This document shows positions 26,098-39,591 of a stretch of DNA of 64,000 nt, piece after piece. The translations under genes were made by a program, and so were the position numbers. The DNA comes from Nageia nagi (lineage: Eukaryota > Plantae > Pinophyta), in NCBI GenBank assembly GCA_050084985.1, contig JBITNC010000001.1:43648001-43712000 (forward strand), given 5' to 3'. Under the pieces are notes generated by a model that was not told the origin of the DNA, did not search any database, and worked only from the letters and a program-made list of their open reading frames with translations. Position 1 is the stretch's first letter. The number at the start of each line of letters is the position of its first letter.

Positions 26098-27856
26098 CCT
26101 TCATTGTGTGATTATTTTAATTCTGAGATGAAAAAGGAGTTTGATATGAATGATCTTGGTTTGATGAGTTACATGATGAATTTTGTTTTTCAAGCCAAAT
26201 ATGCTAACGAGATGTTGAAAAAGTTTAGCATGAGTGAATGTAAAATTGTAGCTACTCCAATTGCACATGAAGAGATTTTATGTTCTGATGATGGGGATGA
26301 AAAATATGTAAAACAAATTATAGGATCATTATAGGTACTTTAATGTTCCTTTGTAACACAATACTAAGTATATGTTATGTAGTATCTCTTTGTTCTAGGT
26401 AAATGGCTGATCCTTAGCAATTTATATTAAATAAGTTAGAATTTGTATTTAAGAATCATTTGAAATATATAAGCTTAAGGTTATTATAGATCAAGAAATG
26501 GAACTCCCTAACACATTCTTTATGCTTTGTACATGTTCCAATAACTTGGAACAATTTTTATCTTTTAGTGAGAAGACCTCTTAAGGTGAGATCTCAAAGT
26601 TCGAAGCTTGAGTACTTAAGTTGCTTCTAGAAGTTTGACCTAGGCTAGTAGATGGATCAACCTTCTTTGTCATTGCATTATTTAAGAGTAGGGTGAGGAT
26701 AACCACATGCTTAAGGGTCAAATAATTTCCCTTTTGGACTACCAATATATAATTCTCAATTGAATTAAACAAGAAAGATAATATATTTAATACCTATTTG
26801 CCTCTAAGATGATTACCACAGCTTTAAACCATGTCAAGAATTTAATCAAGCATGCAATATTACATTATGATTGGGCTCTACACTATCCTCTTAGCAATTT
26901 ATATTAAACAAGTTAGAATTTGTATTTGAAGATCCTTTGAAAGCTATAAGCTTAAGGTTATTATATATCAAGAAATGGCACTCCCTAACACATACTTTAT
27001 GCTTTGTACATGTTCCAATAACTTGGAATAATTTTTATCTTTTAGTGAGAAGACTTCTTAAGGTGAGATCTCAAAGTTTAAAGCTTGAGTACTTAAGTTA
27101 CTTCTAGAAGTTTGACCTAGGCTAGTAGATGGATCAACCTTCTTTCTCATTGCATTATTTAAGAGTAGGGTGAGGATAACCACATGCTTAGGGGTCAAAT
27201 AATTTCCCTTTTGGACTACCAATATATAATTCTCAATTGAATTAAATAAGAAAGATAAGATATTTAATACCTATTTGCCTCTAAGATGATTAACATAGCT
27301 TCAAACCATGTCAAGACTTTAATCAAGCATGTAATATTACATTATGACTTGGCTCACTTTTTCCCAAGATGTTGTAAGGGAGTCACAGTTATGGACTTCA
27401 TTTAGAGAGAGTGATTCATATGTATTTGTATATCATTCTAAAACTTTATCTAATTATCTTCCTTATCTTCTTATTTATGCTTGAATAGGTCCACTTCATT
27501 GTGTGATTCTTTTAATTTTGAGATGAAAAAGGAGTTTGATATGAATGATATTGGTTTGATGAGTTACTTCTTAGGTATGGAAGTACATCAGGTATGGAAG
27601 TACATCAAACACATGATGAAAATTTTTTTTCAAGCCAAATATGGCAGGAGATGTTGAAAAAGTTTAGCATGAGTGAATGCAAAATTGTAGCTACTCCAAT
27701 TGCACATGAAGAGATTTTATGTTAAGATGATGGAGATGAAAAAGCATGTAAAACAAAGTATAGGATCATTATAGGGACTTTAATGTTCCTTTGTAACACA
27801 AGATTGAGTTATATATTATGTAGTATCTCTTTGTTCTAGGTACATGGTTGATCCTT
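26098..27856 (+). repeat. Duplicated copia RT segment (26098-26415 and ~27494-27856) flanking a foreign insert that is itself a ~477-bp tandem duplication
   Basis: tcattgtgtgatt...gatcctt occurs twice; cttagcaatttatattaa...tacattatga at ~26413 and ~26890. Confidence 0.85.
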
Positions 27857-29102
27857 CTTATTTACACTTGAAAGTGGCCAAGAGGATACTAAGGTATGTA
27901 TGTGGTAAAATGAATTATGGTATTCATTACTTCTCTACTGATAATTTTAGATTGATTGGCTTTAGTGAAAATGATTGGGGAAGTTAGGAAGTCCACTAGT
28001 GGAAACTTCTTCTCACTAGGTATTGGGTTGATTACATGGAGTTCAAAGAAGCAATCTACAGTTGTCTTATCTTCTACTAAGGTTGTATACATTACATTGA
28101 CCTCAAATGATGCACAAGTTTATGGATTAGGAAGGTTCTTTAGGAAGTTGGTGAGAAGCAAGGATAACCTACTGTACTTTATTGTAATAACCAAAGTGTC
28201 ATTAAGTTGGCATAAAATCCAGTCCATCATGCATGTTCCAAATATTTTGATATGAAGTATCATTTTATTAGAGACATGGTGGAGAGAAATTTGATCACAT
28301 TGAGGTATTGCAATACTAAGGATCAAATTGCTGATATATTCAGAAAACTAGTTGCTAGATTTCAGTTTTTGATGTTGAGAGACCTAATTTCTAGTCCTCT
28401 CACCATCAAGGGCGAGTATGTTGTAAATAAACCTAAGTAGACTTTAGAATTCAAGCTTAACAAATCAAATTCTATATTTTCTAATGAAACAAGACTCTCT
28501 AGTGTGTTTCTTGAAAATGCCCAATGTGTTTGGAAATTCAATGTGTTTTTGCTAAAACATGATCGCATTTCTACCTGACAATTCTAAGCAGTTAAGGGCA
28601 AATTACCATGTCATTTTTTGCTTGATTTTGGTAATTTCTAGAACATTTTCACTTCTATTTTCAATGCATAAGCTAGGAAAAGTATAAATGAATATTTTGG
28701 ACTTGTTCTCTAGTTGGATTGTAATGTAGATTAGTGTAACCTTTAGATTTTACCCATACTTGTAATGTAAACTATTTGAAAAAATCTCATAGTGATAATG
28801 TCTAATAAAATATGATTTGATCAATCCTAATTTCATGTTGTTGTGATAATTTATGAATGTTAAAGTGATTTTCTTAGAATTTTATGTTAACAAAATTCAT
28901 AGTATTAAGGTTCTTTGAATTGTAAGACTAACTCGTAGGGCTATTAGTCCCCTAAACACTGATTGGGATTCAAATAAAATAAACAAATAAAGATGCATTT
29001 TTAAATATTCAAAGTAAAATACATACCTTTGGTTACCAATGAATATACATTTGAAGATTTCATATTTGATTCCCAATTTTTGATAATGGTAAAAGTTGTA
29101 TA

Positions 29103-31830
29103 GTGATTGAGTAAAATGTATATTGATTTGAAATTTTATAGATTTATGATGAGATTTGATTGGATCATAATGTGACTTAGTGATTGCAAAGATGCATTCT
29201 TTTGTGAAGAATACTTGATTTCATAAGATAAATTGATTCATTGGAATGATGATCTTGGAATTTTGAATTCGTAATTTATCATTGGACAATAAGATGAGAA
29301 TCTAAAAGCCAAAATATGCATACAAATTAATCTTAGAATTCCCATATTATCATCATTGTTTATTCAAGATTTGGAATAGGGTATCTATATATTTTCATTA
29401 GCATAAAGGTCAATGTATGACCTGAGTGTGATATAAGGATCATAACACGATTTAAGGATCATTATGTGTTTTTCTTCATATTTGTGATTTTCAATTGTTA
29501 AGATATTAACATATAAAAAATGTAATTTAATTCTTTTACATGCAAAAGGTGAAAAAAGGTAGATTTTCTTGATTCTAAATTATTTTGATATTTTCTTGAG
29601 TAATTAAATACATTAAATATATCTAAATATAATTATTAGGTATCTACACTATCCTCTTACCCTCCCTTACATACATTGAGATGCATTCAAACATTTTTAT
29701 GCCTTTTTGCATATCTTCTTAGAGATAAGTCCACTCCTCCATGCTTACATCGATTATTCAAATCATCATATTGGAAATAAATTATGTCATTAATACTTAT
29801 GTCATTCCTTAGGTTTAGATGGACTTTTTATAAAATTTCATCCTAATAATCCCAAAATTAAATTTTCATTTCGTAGTAGCATGTAAATTAAGGTTGAATT
29901 CTTATTGACCTAAATAAAAAATTCAATCTTATCCTTTGAAGTTATTTGGGACAATTTATCATTCCAATATCTCTTTTTTCTAGACCATGTCATGTATAAA
30001 CTTATCAAAGTAATACAAAATTATTTAAAAATACTTAACTCTACATTCAAAATATCACCATCTAATTGGGGAATAATATAATCCTGGATTCTAATATTAA
30101 CAAGAACTTTTTAACTTTTTTTTTTCTTTAATTTGATAAACATACATCCCTATAAGGCATTATAAACTAATTATTTGGTAGATTCTAATTTCTATTGAGA
30201 AAACTTCATCCATCAAAATAAGCCTTTATTGTACAAAGATTATCGAATTTTCAATTACTATTTATCATAGTACATGATTCAAAAGGTATAAGAAATCCAT
30301 AAGAATATATATAATATTATAAAATTTTGATAAACATTCAATAATATATAAATTCATAATTTGATAAAATACTTTATGTATTTCAATTACTTACCTTTAT
30401 TTTTATTATTTATTAATTTTTTATGGCTCTATCACTTACAAATTATCCATTATTTATTAATATTAATTAATATAATAATTAATTCACAAAGATTAAATTA
30501 CTAACTCAATTTTCATATAGTATAATAATTATATCAAACATTCAATACACAAAAATACAATGTATGTAAGAATATTATTTGCTAATACGAGGTTAGTTGT
30601 TTAAAACTTTATTAGATGGCATTGTGTTTTATTGGTGGATAATATAAGAAAGAATAAAATTTCTTTACCAATTTAAGAGAATGATCTTCGCCAAAAGAAG
30701 TACAAATAAGGTGAAGGAAATATTAATATAAAAAAGAGATGTTCCCATAGCTAATTACTTTTCTTGTACTCGAAATACTCAAATTTTAAATTTGTATACA
30801 TTTTGAACGAATAATTGAACTCCAATAATGCAATCTACATGATTACAATAATTTTGTTAGAGATCTAAATATAATAATGTTATTCAATAATTTTATTAAA
30901 TAAATCTATATATAGGGAGAGAGACTGATTTTGAAAATACGCTTTAGGTGTGTTGTGAAAGAAGTTTCTAGTTTGTTGTCTAGGTGGTGCCATAAAAGAA
31001 AGACCCATGTCCCATTAAGGTGGGTTCCAATGAATAAGATCATAAGTGTAAAGCTAAAAAAATGTAAGGAGATTGAGAAAAAATGTAGATTGACTATGAA
31101 ATTCCATAGATTTATGATGTGATTTGATTGGAGCTTAGTATGCCTGGATTATTGTAAACATGCAATTTTTGTAAAAATTACTTAATTTCATAAGATAATT
31201 TGATTTATTAAAATCTGAGCTTGGCATTTGAAATTCATAGTTAATCATCGTATAACAACATGAGAATTCTAAAAGCCAAAATATTTGTAAGAATTAATCT
31301 CAAAATTCCCATATTCTCATCATTATTTATTTGGGATTTGAAAGGGGATATTTATATATTTTCCTTAGCACAAAAGTCAATGGTTAACCCGACCATGATT
31401 TAAGGATCACAACATAATTTAAGGATCATTTTACATTTTTTCTTAGGATGTGTGACTTTTAATTGTTAAGATATTGATATACGGAAAATGTAATTTAATT
31501 ATTTTCCACACAAACAGTGAAATAAAGGTGGATATGCATAATTCTAAAGTATTTTGGTAATTTTTTGAGTAATTAAATACATCAAATATCTAGATGCTAC
31601 TTTTAGTTATCTGAGTTATCCTATTACCTTCTCTTATATTAGTTATGACACATTCAAATCTTTTTTTTGTGCTTTTTAGCACACCCTCCTAGAGATAAGT
31701 ACATTTGTCCATGCTTACATCGATTGTTAAAATAATCATGTTGGAAATGGAAGATGTCATTGATATCTATATAATTCCTTAGGTTCATATTATGTTTTCA
31801 TGCATTTCATCCTATTAATCCCAAAATGCC
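29103..31830 (+). repeat. Two diverged copies of a ~760-bp segment (29103-29860; 31071-31830)
   Basis: Colinear shared blocks such as ctaaaagccaaaatat, ttcccatatt, tttaaggatcatt, agagataagt, catgcttacatcgatt, ttccttaggtt. Confidence 0.75.
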
Positions 31831-32539
31831 ATTCTATATACTTAGGAAATAAATTATAATTATTAATAAAATAAATTCTAATTTAACTATTATACACTGG
31901 TCAAAATGATGTATCTCTATTTTATGTGAACTGGGTCAAATCCCAAACTATCACTAATATGGTAAGAATTACAAAGATTGTACTTAAATGCAATGATCTT
32001 GAATCCTTTCAAAAGGATATCGAAGTGTTTTCAAAAAAATTCCTAAAACTATATACTTAATAACTTATCTATAGAATAATTTTAACTCAAAAATGTTTAC
32101 TTGTATCAAAAAATATTCTTGCAAAATCTCTATCATTCATAACCATTGAAAAATAAATAGATGAGTATGACATGGAGATAAAATATTAATATTTCTCAGA
32201 AAAGTATTGACATGAATAAAAAAAAATGAAAAAATATAAGAATACAGTTAATTATATGAAATGAGTATTTCCAAATCAACAATAGGATAAACTTTTATAT
32301 CTATGTAAACATAAATCAAAATAGGTTTTTGGAAAAAAATCATATATAAAAATGATAGTTGAACCTCAAATTGATATAAATAGTTAGAAATACACACACA
32401 CACACACACAATATCCTTTCCAACACCTTTCTTGAATAATGAACTACAATTTTGATTGAACCTATCTAAAAATTTTAGAATAAAAATATAATCTATCTAA
32501 TTGTATAACCATTAGTGGTTGGCTTGATGATAACATATC

Positions 32540-33195
32540 AAGATGTAAATGTCAAGTTGGTTTTAGAAGAAAACATTCAATAACTTACGATATTCTCACT
32601 TTTTGAATTATTGCTAAAAACTATTCAAATGGTAAAGAATATCTATTTGCTTCCTTTATCAAATCCAAAAAGTGTTTGATATTGTTTCCAAGGGTAAAAT
32701 TTTGAAGTATATAGCTAACTTAGAAATCCCCTTTGAACTAAGGTTTGCAATTTATAGGATTTATATACAAGTTATGGCTAAAATCAAAACTAGTCAAGGA
32801 TGGTATAAAGAAATTAATTACAATATTGGAGTTAAGAAACAATGTCCTCTATCCCCAACTATGTTTGGTATTTACATATATCAACTAGAAATATATTTAG
32901 ATGAATATGGATGCATAGGCACTAAACTCCACAATCTCATAATTATTCTCTTACATTATGTATATGATCTTATATTGTTAGCTAAACATTATAGTCTTGT
33001 AAAATAATTAAATGTCCTTTAAATATTTTGTAATAAATTTTGTCTGAAAATTAATGTAAATAAAATCAAAATTAAGATTATTAATTTGTTTTTAAAAATC
33101 AATCGTACAATCCTCTTCAATAGTCAACCTTTAGAGGTAATTTAATTGAACAAATACTAAAACCACAAACTAAATTAGAATATTTGTGTTGGAAA
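32540..33195 (+). mobile_element. Non-LTR retrotransposon RT fragment (non-L1, RTE/RTEX-like), left part
   Basis: QVGFRRKHS, FDIV, GVKKQCPLSPTMFGIYI, LHYVYDLILL (YADD-like) and NHKLN* just before the gypsy LTR. Confidence 0.75.
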
Positions 33196-34879
33196 TAATA
33201 TGAGATTAGATTCTAGGAGTGAAGATTATTTTGCCAAGGATATTCATGCTCATTTATGATATGTTTCTAATTCATTTGGGAAGTGTGAATATCTATTTTT
33301 CTTTTAGGAGACATCAAATTTACCTATATCATCTTCTTAGCCATCTCTAGAGGGGTTGGTTAGAGTTTGGTTGATATTATGACTATTTTGTGGATCTTTC
33401 TTGAAATCATTCTGATAGAGTAAACCATGGGAGGATGTTAATAAGGTTAAGAAGGAGTTTTATAGATAATAAAAGGGGATGAATAAATAGTTGGTGGTAA
33501 TTAAATCTCCATATTCTTTTTTATCATTATAATGCTTTATTGACTTAATACATTAATCAAATTTGACATGTTGGACTAGGCTACATTGTGTGAGTTAGAA
33601 TAAATTATTATGTCTTCATTTTATGGATGTGATTCCATTTAAATTACTATTATTATTATTTTTAGTAGTTTTATTGGCTAATCATTTTATGTTCATTAAA
33701 GTTGATTTAAAGATAGAGAAAAATAGATATGTATTTGATGAAATGTAGAATAACATAACTTATACATATTTACAGATCACATGGTACTAAAGATTAAATT
33801 TGTTATTTTGAGACTTATAGATGCAAGGTATAAGATCTAAAAGACCTGAATTAGTTCCTATTGATCTAGATATTGGTATAAGGAATAGAAGGGTGAATTC
33901 CATGGAAAGAAGTGAGGAAGATCAGCCTAGAACTACAATGCTTAAGATAGATTTTTTAAGGAGATTTATTGCAATGTAGAAGAATATGCTTCAAATTATG
34001 GATATGATACAAAGATAATCTAGAATGAGAAGAAAATATAACCTAAGAATAGGGAAAGATAACCTATAGTATGCCAATCTTCAACTTGATCATTTCCTAT
34101 AGTTCCTTTCAAAGTAGAGGCAAAAGTGAGAATCACAACTTTTGATGGAGAAGTTGATGTAGATAAGTTGAATTTTAGTTGAAATAATTAGAGGTATATT
34201 TTCAAATATAATATATTTAGAAAATTTGCTTTATAATATTAAAAATGGGTGGTCATTCTTTGATATAGTGGTAAAATCATGTGGAATCCCTCAAACATGA
34301 AAACCAACCATATGTTTCTTTGTAGGATGAATTTAAGAACTTACTATAAGATTATTTATATCTTTTAGGTCATCATAATAAGAAACTAAAGAAGTAGAAA
34401 TTATTTATACAAAAAAAGAAAATAATTTGTTCAAGAATACACTACAAAATTTAGAAAGCAAGCTACCTTACTTAGGACATCTCCAAAATATCTTCAAGTA
34501 CTAATGAAATATATGGGAGTTTTATGTAGTCATTTATAAAAGACTATTATATTGTTTAATCTTACAAATCTTGACTATGTGAGTGTATAAGATCAATATT
34601 TGGAAGGGAATGGGAAATAAAGATAATAGTATGAGAAGTTTAAGTATGATCATAATCAAAAGGGTCAACAAGAGAAATGAAAATCTTAATATAAAGAAAA
34701 AAGAAAGAAACCAGAGAAGAAGACTACCAATACCACAAAGAAGAAAAATGATAATGATCACTTTTCTCATTATGATAGAAATGATTATGTAGAAGAAAAG
34801 TATTAGAAATTACATCCAGAATTATGTCCCTACAAGAAGAAGAATTTGGAGAAGAAGAATATAATAGTCATAAAATATG

Positions 34880-36917
34880 TGTTAGGAATTGATCCTGATT
34901 TTTTCAACTCTCTATTTTGCAATTGACATGTGCATAAGGCTGATATGAAGGGATAATCATTTGACAAAAGGTTGATTAGGGCAAATTGGTTAGGAGGAGA
35001 TCAATCAAGAGGATCTGATCGATTGAGGTTGAATTACAATCGATCTAGTGGAAGACGATCTTGACAACCTAATGAGTTTTATGGTGGCTAATTACAAATC
35101 TAAAGATGGGAAACTATATTTTGAGGGTATAAAATTTATCTTGGATTATTCTTGATAAATGAAATAAAGGTTACTTTAGGTGGAAAATTTTAGACTTTTT
35201 ATATTAACACACACACACACACACATAAGATTCATTGTAATAAGGGGAATGTGATCTAAAGGAATTGAGTAATACATTTTCATAGGCATGAGAAATAGGA
35301 AGAGGAGGTATATCTTTGTGACAGAGATTATTATAGTGAGGATTCCTTGTAAGAACAAAGAGGAGGGTACTACGGTTTGATTTTAGGTTGTATTCTATTG
35401 TTACTTTGTACTAATTTAATCAAATGATCAAATATTCTCCCTGGATGTAGCCCACATTGGGTGAACCACATTACATAGTTTATCTTCTCTTGTGTGATCT
35501 TGTTTGCTTATTTTATTTTGGTTTAAATTAGAATAATTGCTCTACTATATTTTTATATATCGAATCCTAATAAATGGTATAAGAGCTATTTTATTTATTG
35601 GGTGCACTTAACAGAAAGGAGGGTTGGTTTTTGGATCAAGTGGTAGCGATGAAAAAAGAAAGAATGTTGAGGATTAAAAAGTTTAATGATCAAAATTTTT
35701 AGTTTTGGAAAATTCAAATGGAGGACTACTTCTACCAAAAGGATCCTTTTCTTCCTCTTAAGGGTTAGAAAAAGAAACCTTCGATTATATTGGATAAGGA
35801 GTGGAGTCTCCTAGATATAAAGACATTGGGTATGGTGAGGTTATGCATGGGAGAAATGATTGGATTCAACATCTCCAAAGAAAGGAATACAAAGGGTTTC
35901 ATGGAGAAATTGAGCAAGATGTATGAAAAACCCTCAACCTCAAATACGATATGTCTCATGACAAAGTTATTTACTATAAAAATGTTTAAAGGAGTATCCA
36001 TTTTTGAAAACTTGAATGATTTTAATATTGTTACTAATTTATCGCATTCAATGGGTTTAGATTTTGATGATAAAGTAAGGGCATTATTGATTTTATATTC
36101 ATTACTATGAGGCTAAAATAGTTTGGTGATGGCAGTAAGTAACTCTGCTTTAGGTTCTAACAAGTTAGTTTTTGATGATGTGGTGGGAATCCTTATTTGT
36201 GAGGACATGCAGAGAAAATTGATGGGAGACTATTGATTATGGTTATAACTATTAAGAATAAGGGAAAACATAGAGAGGTAGGTGAACATCATAATCAAGG
36301 AAAATTAGGGGCAACTCTAAGGGAAAAGGTAACATGTAGTGATGGTATTGTGGGAACAAGGGACACTTGAGGGGAGAGTGTAAGTCCAAGATACAAGATG
36401 AGAAGAAAAGTAATGAAAATCAAGATAATAGTCATAAAGTTAATATTTATGGTGATATTTTACTAGATGATTTGATATCATCTATTGATATGCATTGTGA
36501 CTATTGAGTTATACATTCAAGTGCTTCTTTTCATACCACTTCTCATAAGGGTTATTTTATAGAATATGTTCAAGGAGGTTTTAGAAAAGTTAAGTTGGGT
36601 AATGATCAACCACATAGGATAGTGGGTATGGGAAAGATCAAGATTAAATTTCCTAATAGGGATCAATGGATACTCTAAAGGCACATACCATATTTGAAAA
36701 TGAACCTCATTTCGAAGCAAACTTCATGGTGAGGGATATATGGTTGCATTTGGTAATAAGGCTTGGAAGGTGACTAAGGTTTGACTATTATTACTAAAGG
36801 TACTATTATTGGTATGCTATACTTTCTTATTAACACTCGATCTAATGATGCTATGGATTTAGATCTAGAAGTTTGTATTATTACTCTAGTTTGGACTAAA
36901 AAATAAGATTGTATGGA

Positions 36918-36957
<40 letters not shown>

Positions 36958-37264
36958 AGATTAATTGTAGCAAGGGGTATACAATATAAATAAATTGGTT
37001 AATAGATTTACATAGGTGTGAGAAGTAGGAAGAGGTATATCCTTGTGAGCTCGAGAATATTGTAGTGAGGATTCCTTATAAGAACAAAGAGGAGCATACA
37101 ACAATTTAATCAAAGGATTAAATATTACTTGTGGATGTAGCCTATATCGGATTAACTATATTACATATTTTATCTTCTTTTGTATGATCTTTTTTGCTTA
37201 TTTTCTTATAGATTAAAGTAGAGTAATTACTCTATTACATACTTTTATATAGTGAATCTTAATA
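34880..37264 (+). mobile_element. Internally deleted Tork/Tnt1-like copia nested in the CRM-like element
   Basis: Perfect TSD ATATG; 5' LTR 34880-35572 (TGTTAGGA...TCCTAATA); PBS TGGTATAAGAGC; gag FWKIQMEDYFYQKD, zinc knuckle, protease; partial 3' LTR ~36950-37264; no INT/RT/RH. Confidence 0.85.
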
Positions 37265-39591
37265 ATATGAAGATATCAAGGGTAGTTTTGATATGGATGA
37301 GGGATTTAATTATGCAGTAGTCTAGATAGTTGAATATTCAAAGAGTATTTTAAAGAAAAATGTATAATTATTCCATCTAAAAATCCAATCAAATAAGATG
37401 AGAATTGATTCTATTTTTTATCCTAGTTCCCAAGTCAACTTGATTGTTGAAAGTTTGGTGACTGAATTGGGATTGAAGACCTATTATCATCCTAATCTAT
37501 ATCCTTTGGTGTGGGTTCATAATGAAACCAAGTTTCAAGTTGTAAAATAATGTAAGTTAAAATTTCTACTAATGCAAGATTTATTGATGAAGTGATAGTT
37601 GATGTAGTACCTCTAGATATTTATCATGTTATTTTTAGAAATACTTATTTATGGGATAGAGATGATATTTATTTTAGGAGAGAAAATAAGTATAGATTGA
37701 TTAAAGATGGTATAATTTTTATAGTTTATGCTGATAAAGTAAGAAAAAGTTAACTTTAATTACAACTAGTTAAGTTAAACATATGATTAATGCAAGTTAG
37801 AAGTTTATGCTTGTGGTTCTTTGGTCTACTAACCATGAAGGACTAAAACTAACATTCAATATGGATTGCATGAAAATATCAACACCACCAGTGGCATCAA
37901 TGTTGAGCATACTCTTATCCAAGAGTTTCAGGAAGTGTTTATTGAGCCAAAGGGATTTCCACCTAATTAGTAAATTTAACATGAGATTTAGTGGTTACAT
38001 GATATACCTTTATCGAATATTGGTTTGTATAGATAATCACTTTTGGAGTGTAAGGAAATTAAAAATCAAATTCAGGAATTAATGGATCAAGGTGTGATTA
38101 GATAGAGAACATCACCTGTTATTCTAGTTCCTAATAAGGATGATTCTTAGAGAATGTGTATTGATTATCGGATATTGACTAAATCACTATCGATTACCTC
38201 AAATAGATGATATATTAAATCAATTAAAAAGGTAAAATATTTCTCTAAGTTGAAATTAAGGAGTAGTTATTATCAAGTACAAATCAAGGAAAAGGAAATT
38301 TGGAAGATAAACTTCAAGGCAAAATAAGGCCTATTTGAATGGCTTATTTTCCCATTTGATTTCTTTAATGCACTACCCACATTTATGAGGGATAATGATT
38401 GGTTTTATCAGGCCATTTATTGATTATTTATTGTAGTTTATCTTTATAAAATTCTTATTTTTCTAATATGGGAAGATCATTTAGTGCCTTGCATCTTAGA
38501 CAAGTACTTAAAAATCTACAAAAGGGAAAATTGCTTGTAAGTATGACTTTATTAAATAATCGTTAATGTACTTAGACCATATTTTTTATGGTGATCAACT
38601 TAAAATAGATCCTGAAAAATGTTAAAACCATTATGGAGTGGCCAAGGCTAACCAATGTTAGAAAAATAAGGAGTTTTCTAGGAGTTGTTCAATATTTGAA
38701 TAAATTTATTGTTGATGTCTTCAAATGTTCTTCACCTTTAGATGATGTTACAATAAAGAAGTAAATTTTTCAATGGGAAATAGAGAACTAAAGTGTATTT
38801 GATTTGTTTAAGTAAAAGATCAATAATGCACCTATTTTGGCTCTACCTAACTTACATAAGCCTTTCAAAATTAAGATTGATGCCAGTGAGTATACTATGG
38901 GAGCTATTTTGATTCAAGGAAGAGACCAATTTACTATCATTATGAAAATTTTAATAGGTCAATTTTAAACTATTCAACATATGATAAGGAATTATATGCA
39001 TTGGTTGAAACAATGAAGAAATGAAAACATTACGTAATAGGTAAGAAATAATAATTCATCCTAATAATCAACCGTCAAAATATTTGCAAACTTAAAATAA
39101 AATTACAAGAAGTAAGGTATTTCATATGGATGGAATTTTTAGAATAATTTTATCTAATCATTAAGTATAATAAGGTTAATACAAATAAACTTGTAGATAT
39201 GTTATCTACACCACCTATCCAAGGAGCATTAATATTGCCAATCGTATCATCATTGGGATGCAAAGATAATTCAATATTAATTTATATTATGGAAGTTTAT
39301 CCCTTCATTCATGAAGCATTTTGGGAATATTATTTGATAGATTCTGATTTTGGAGAGGTTTATAAAAATATGAAATAACCATGTAGATTAGATTGTGAAG
39401 GTATGGATGATTATCATCTTATAGATGGAGTTATTTATAAATTGAGTATTTTATGTGTTCCTAAAAGTAAAAGAATTCAATTTATTAGAGAGGAACATAC
39501 TTCTAAAATTGTTAGAAAATTTGGAGTAGGAAATATAGTCTCTAATTTATATATTTGAGGGTATATAATATGTTGTACTAGTAAGTTGCAA

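Larger units (their letters stand above)
22204..28892 (+). mobile_element. Decayed Ty1/copia element lacking its 5' LTR
   Basis: PBS TGGTATCAAAAC at 22208; gag, integrase (DDFTRYCWVYF, KCLRTNHGGE), RT (ERYKAQLVAKGFTQK, YLDDLL), RNase H (KYHFIRD, DQIADIF); PPT then 3' LTR TGTTG 28419 to ~TAACA 28892; protease region appears deleted. Confidence 0.88.
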
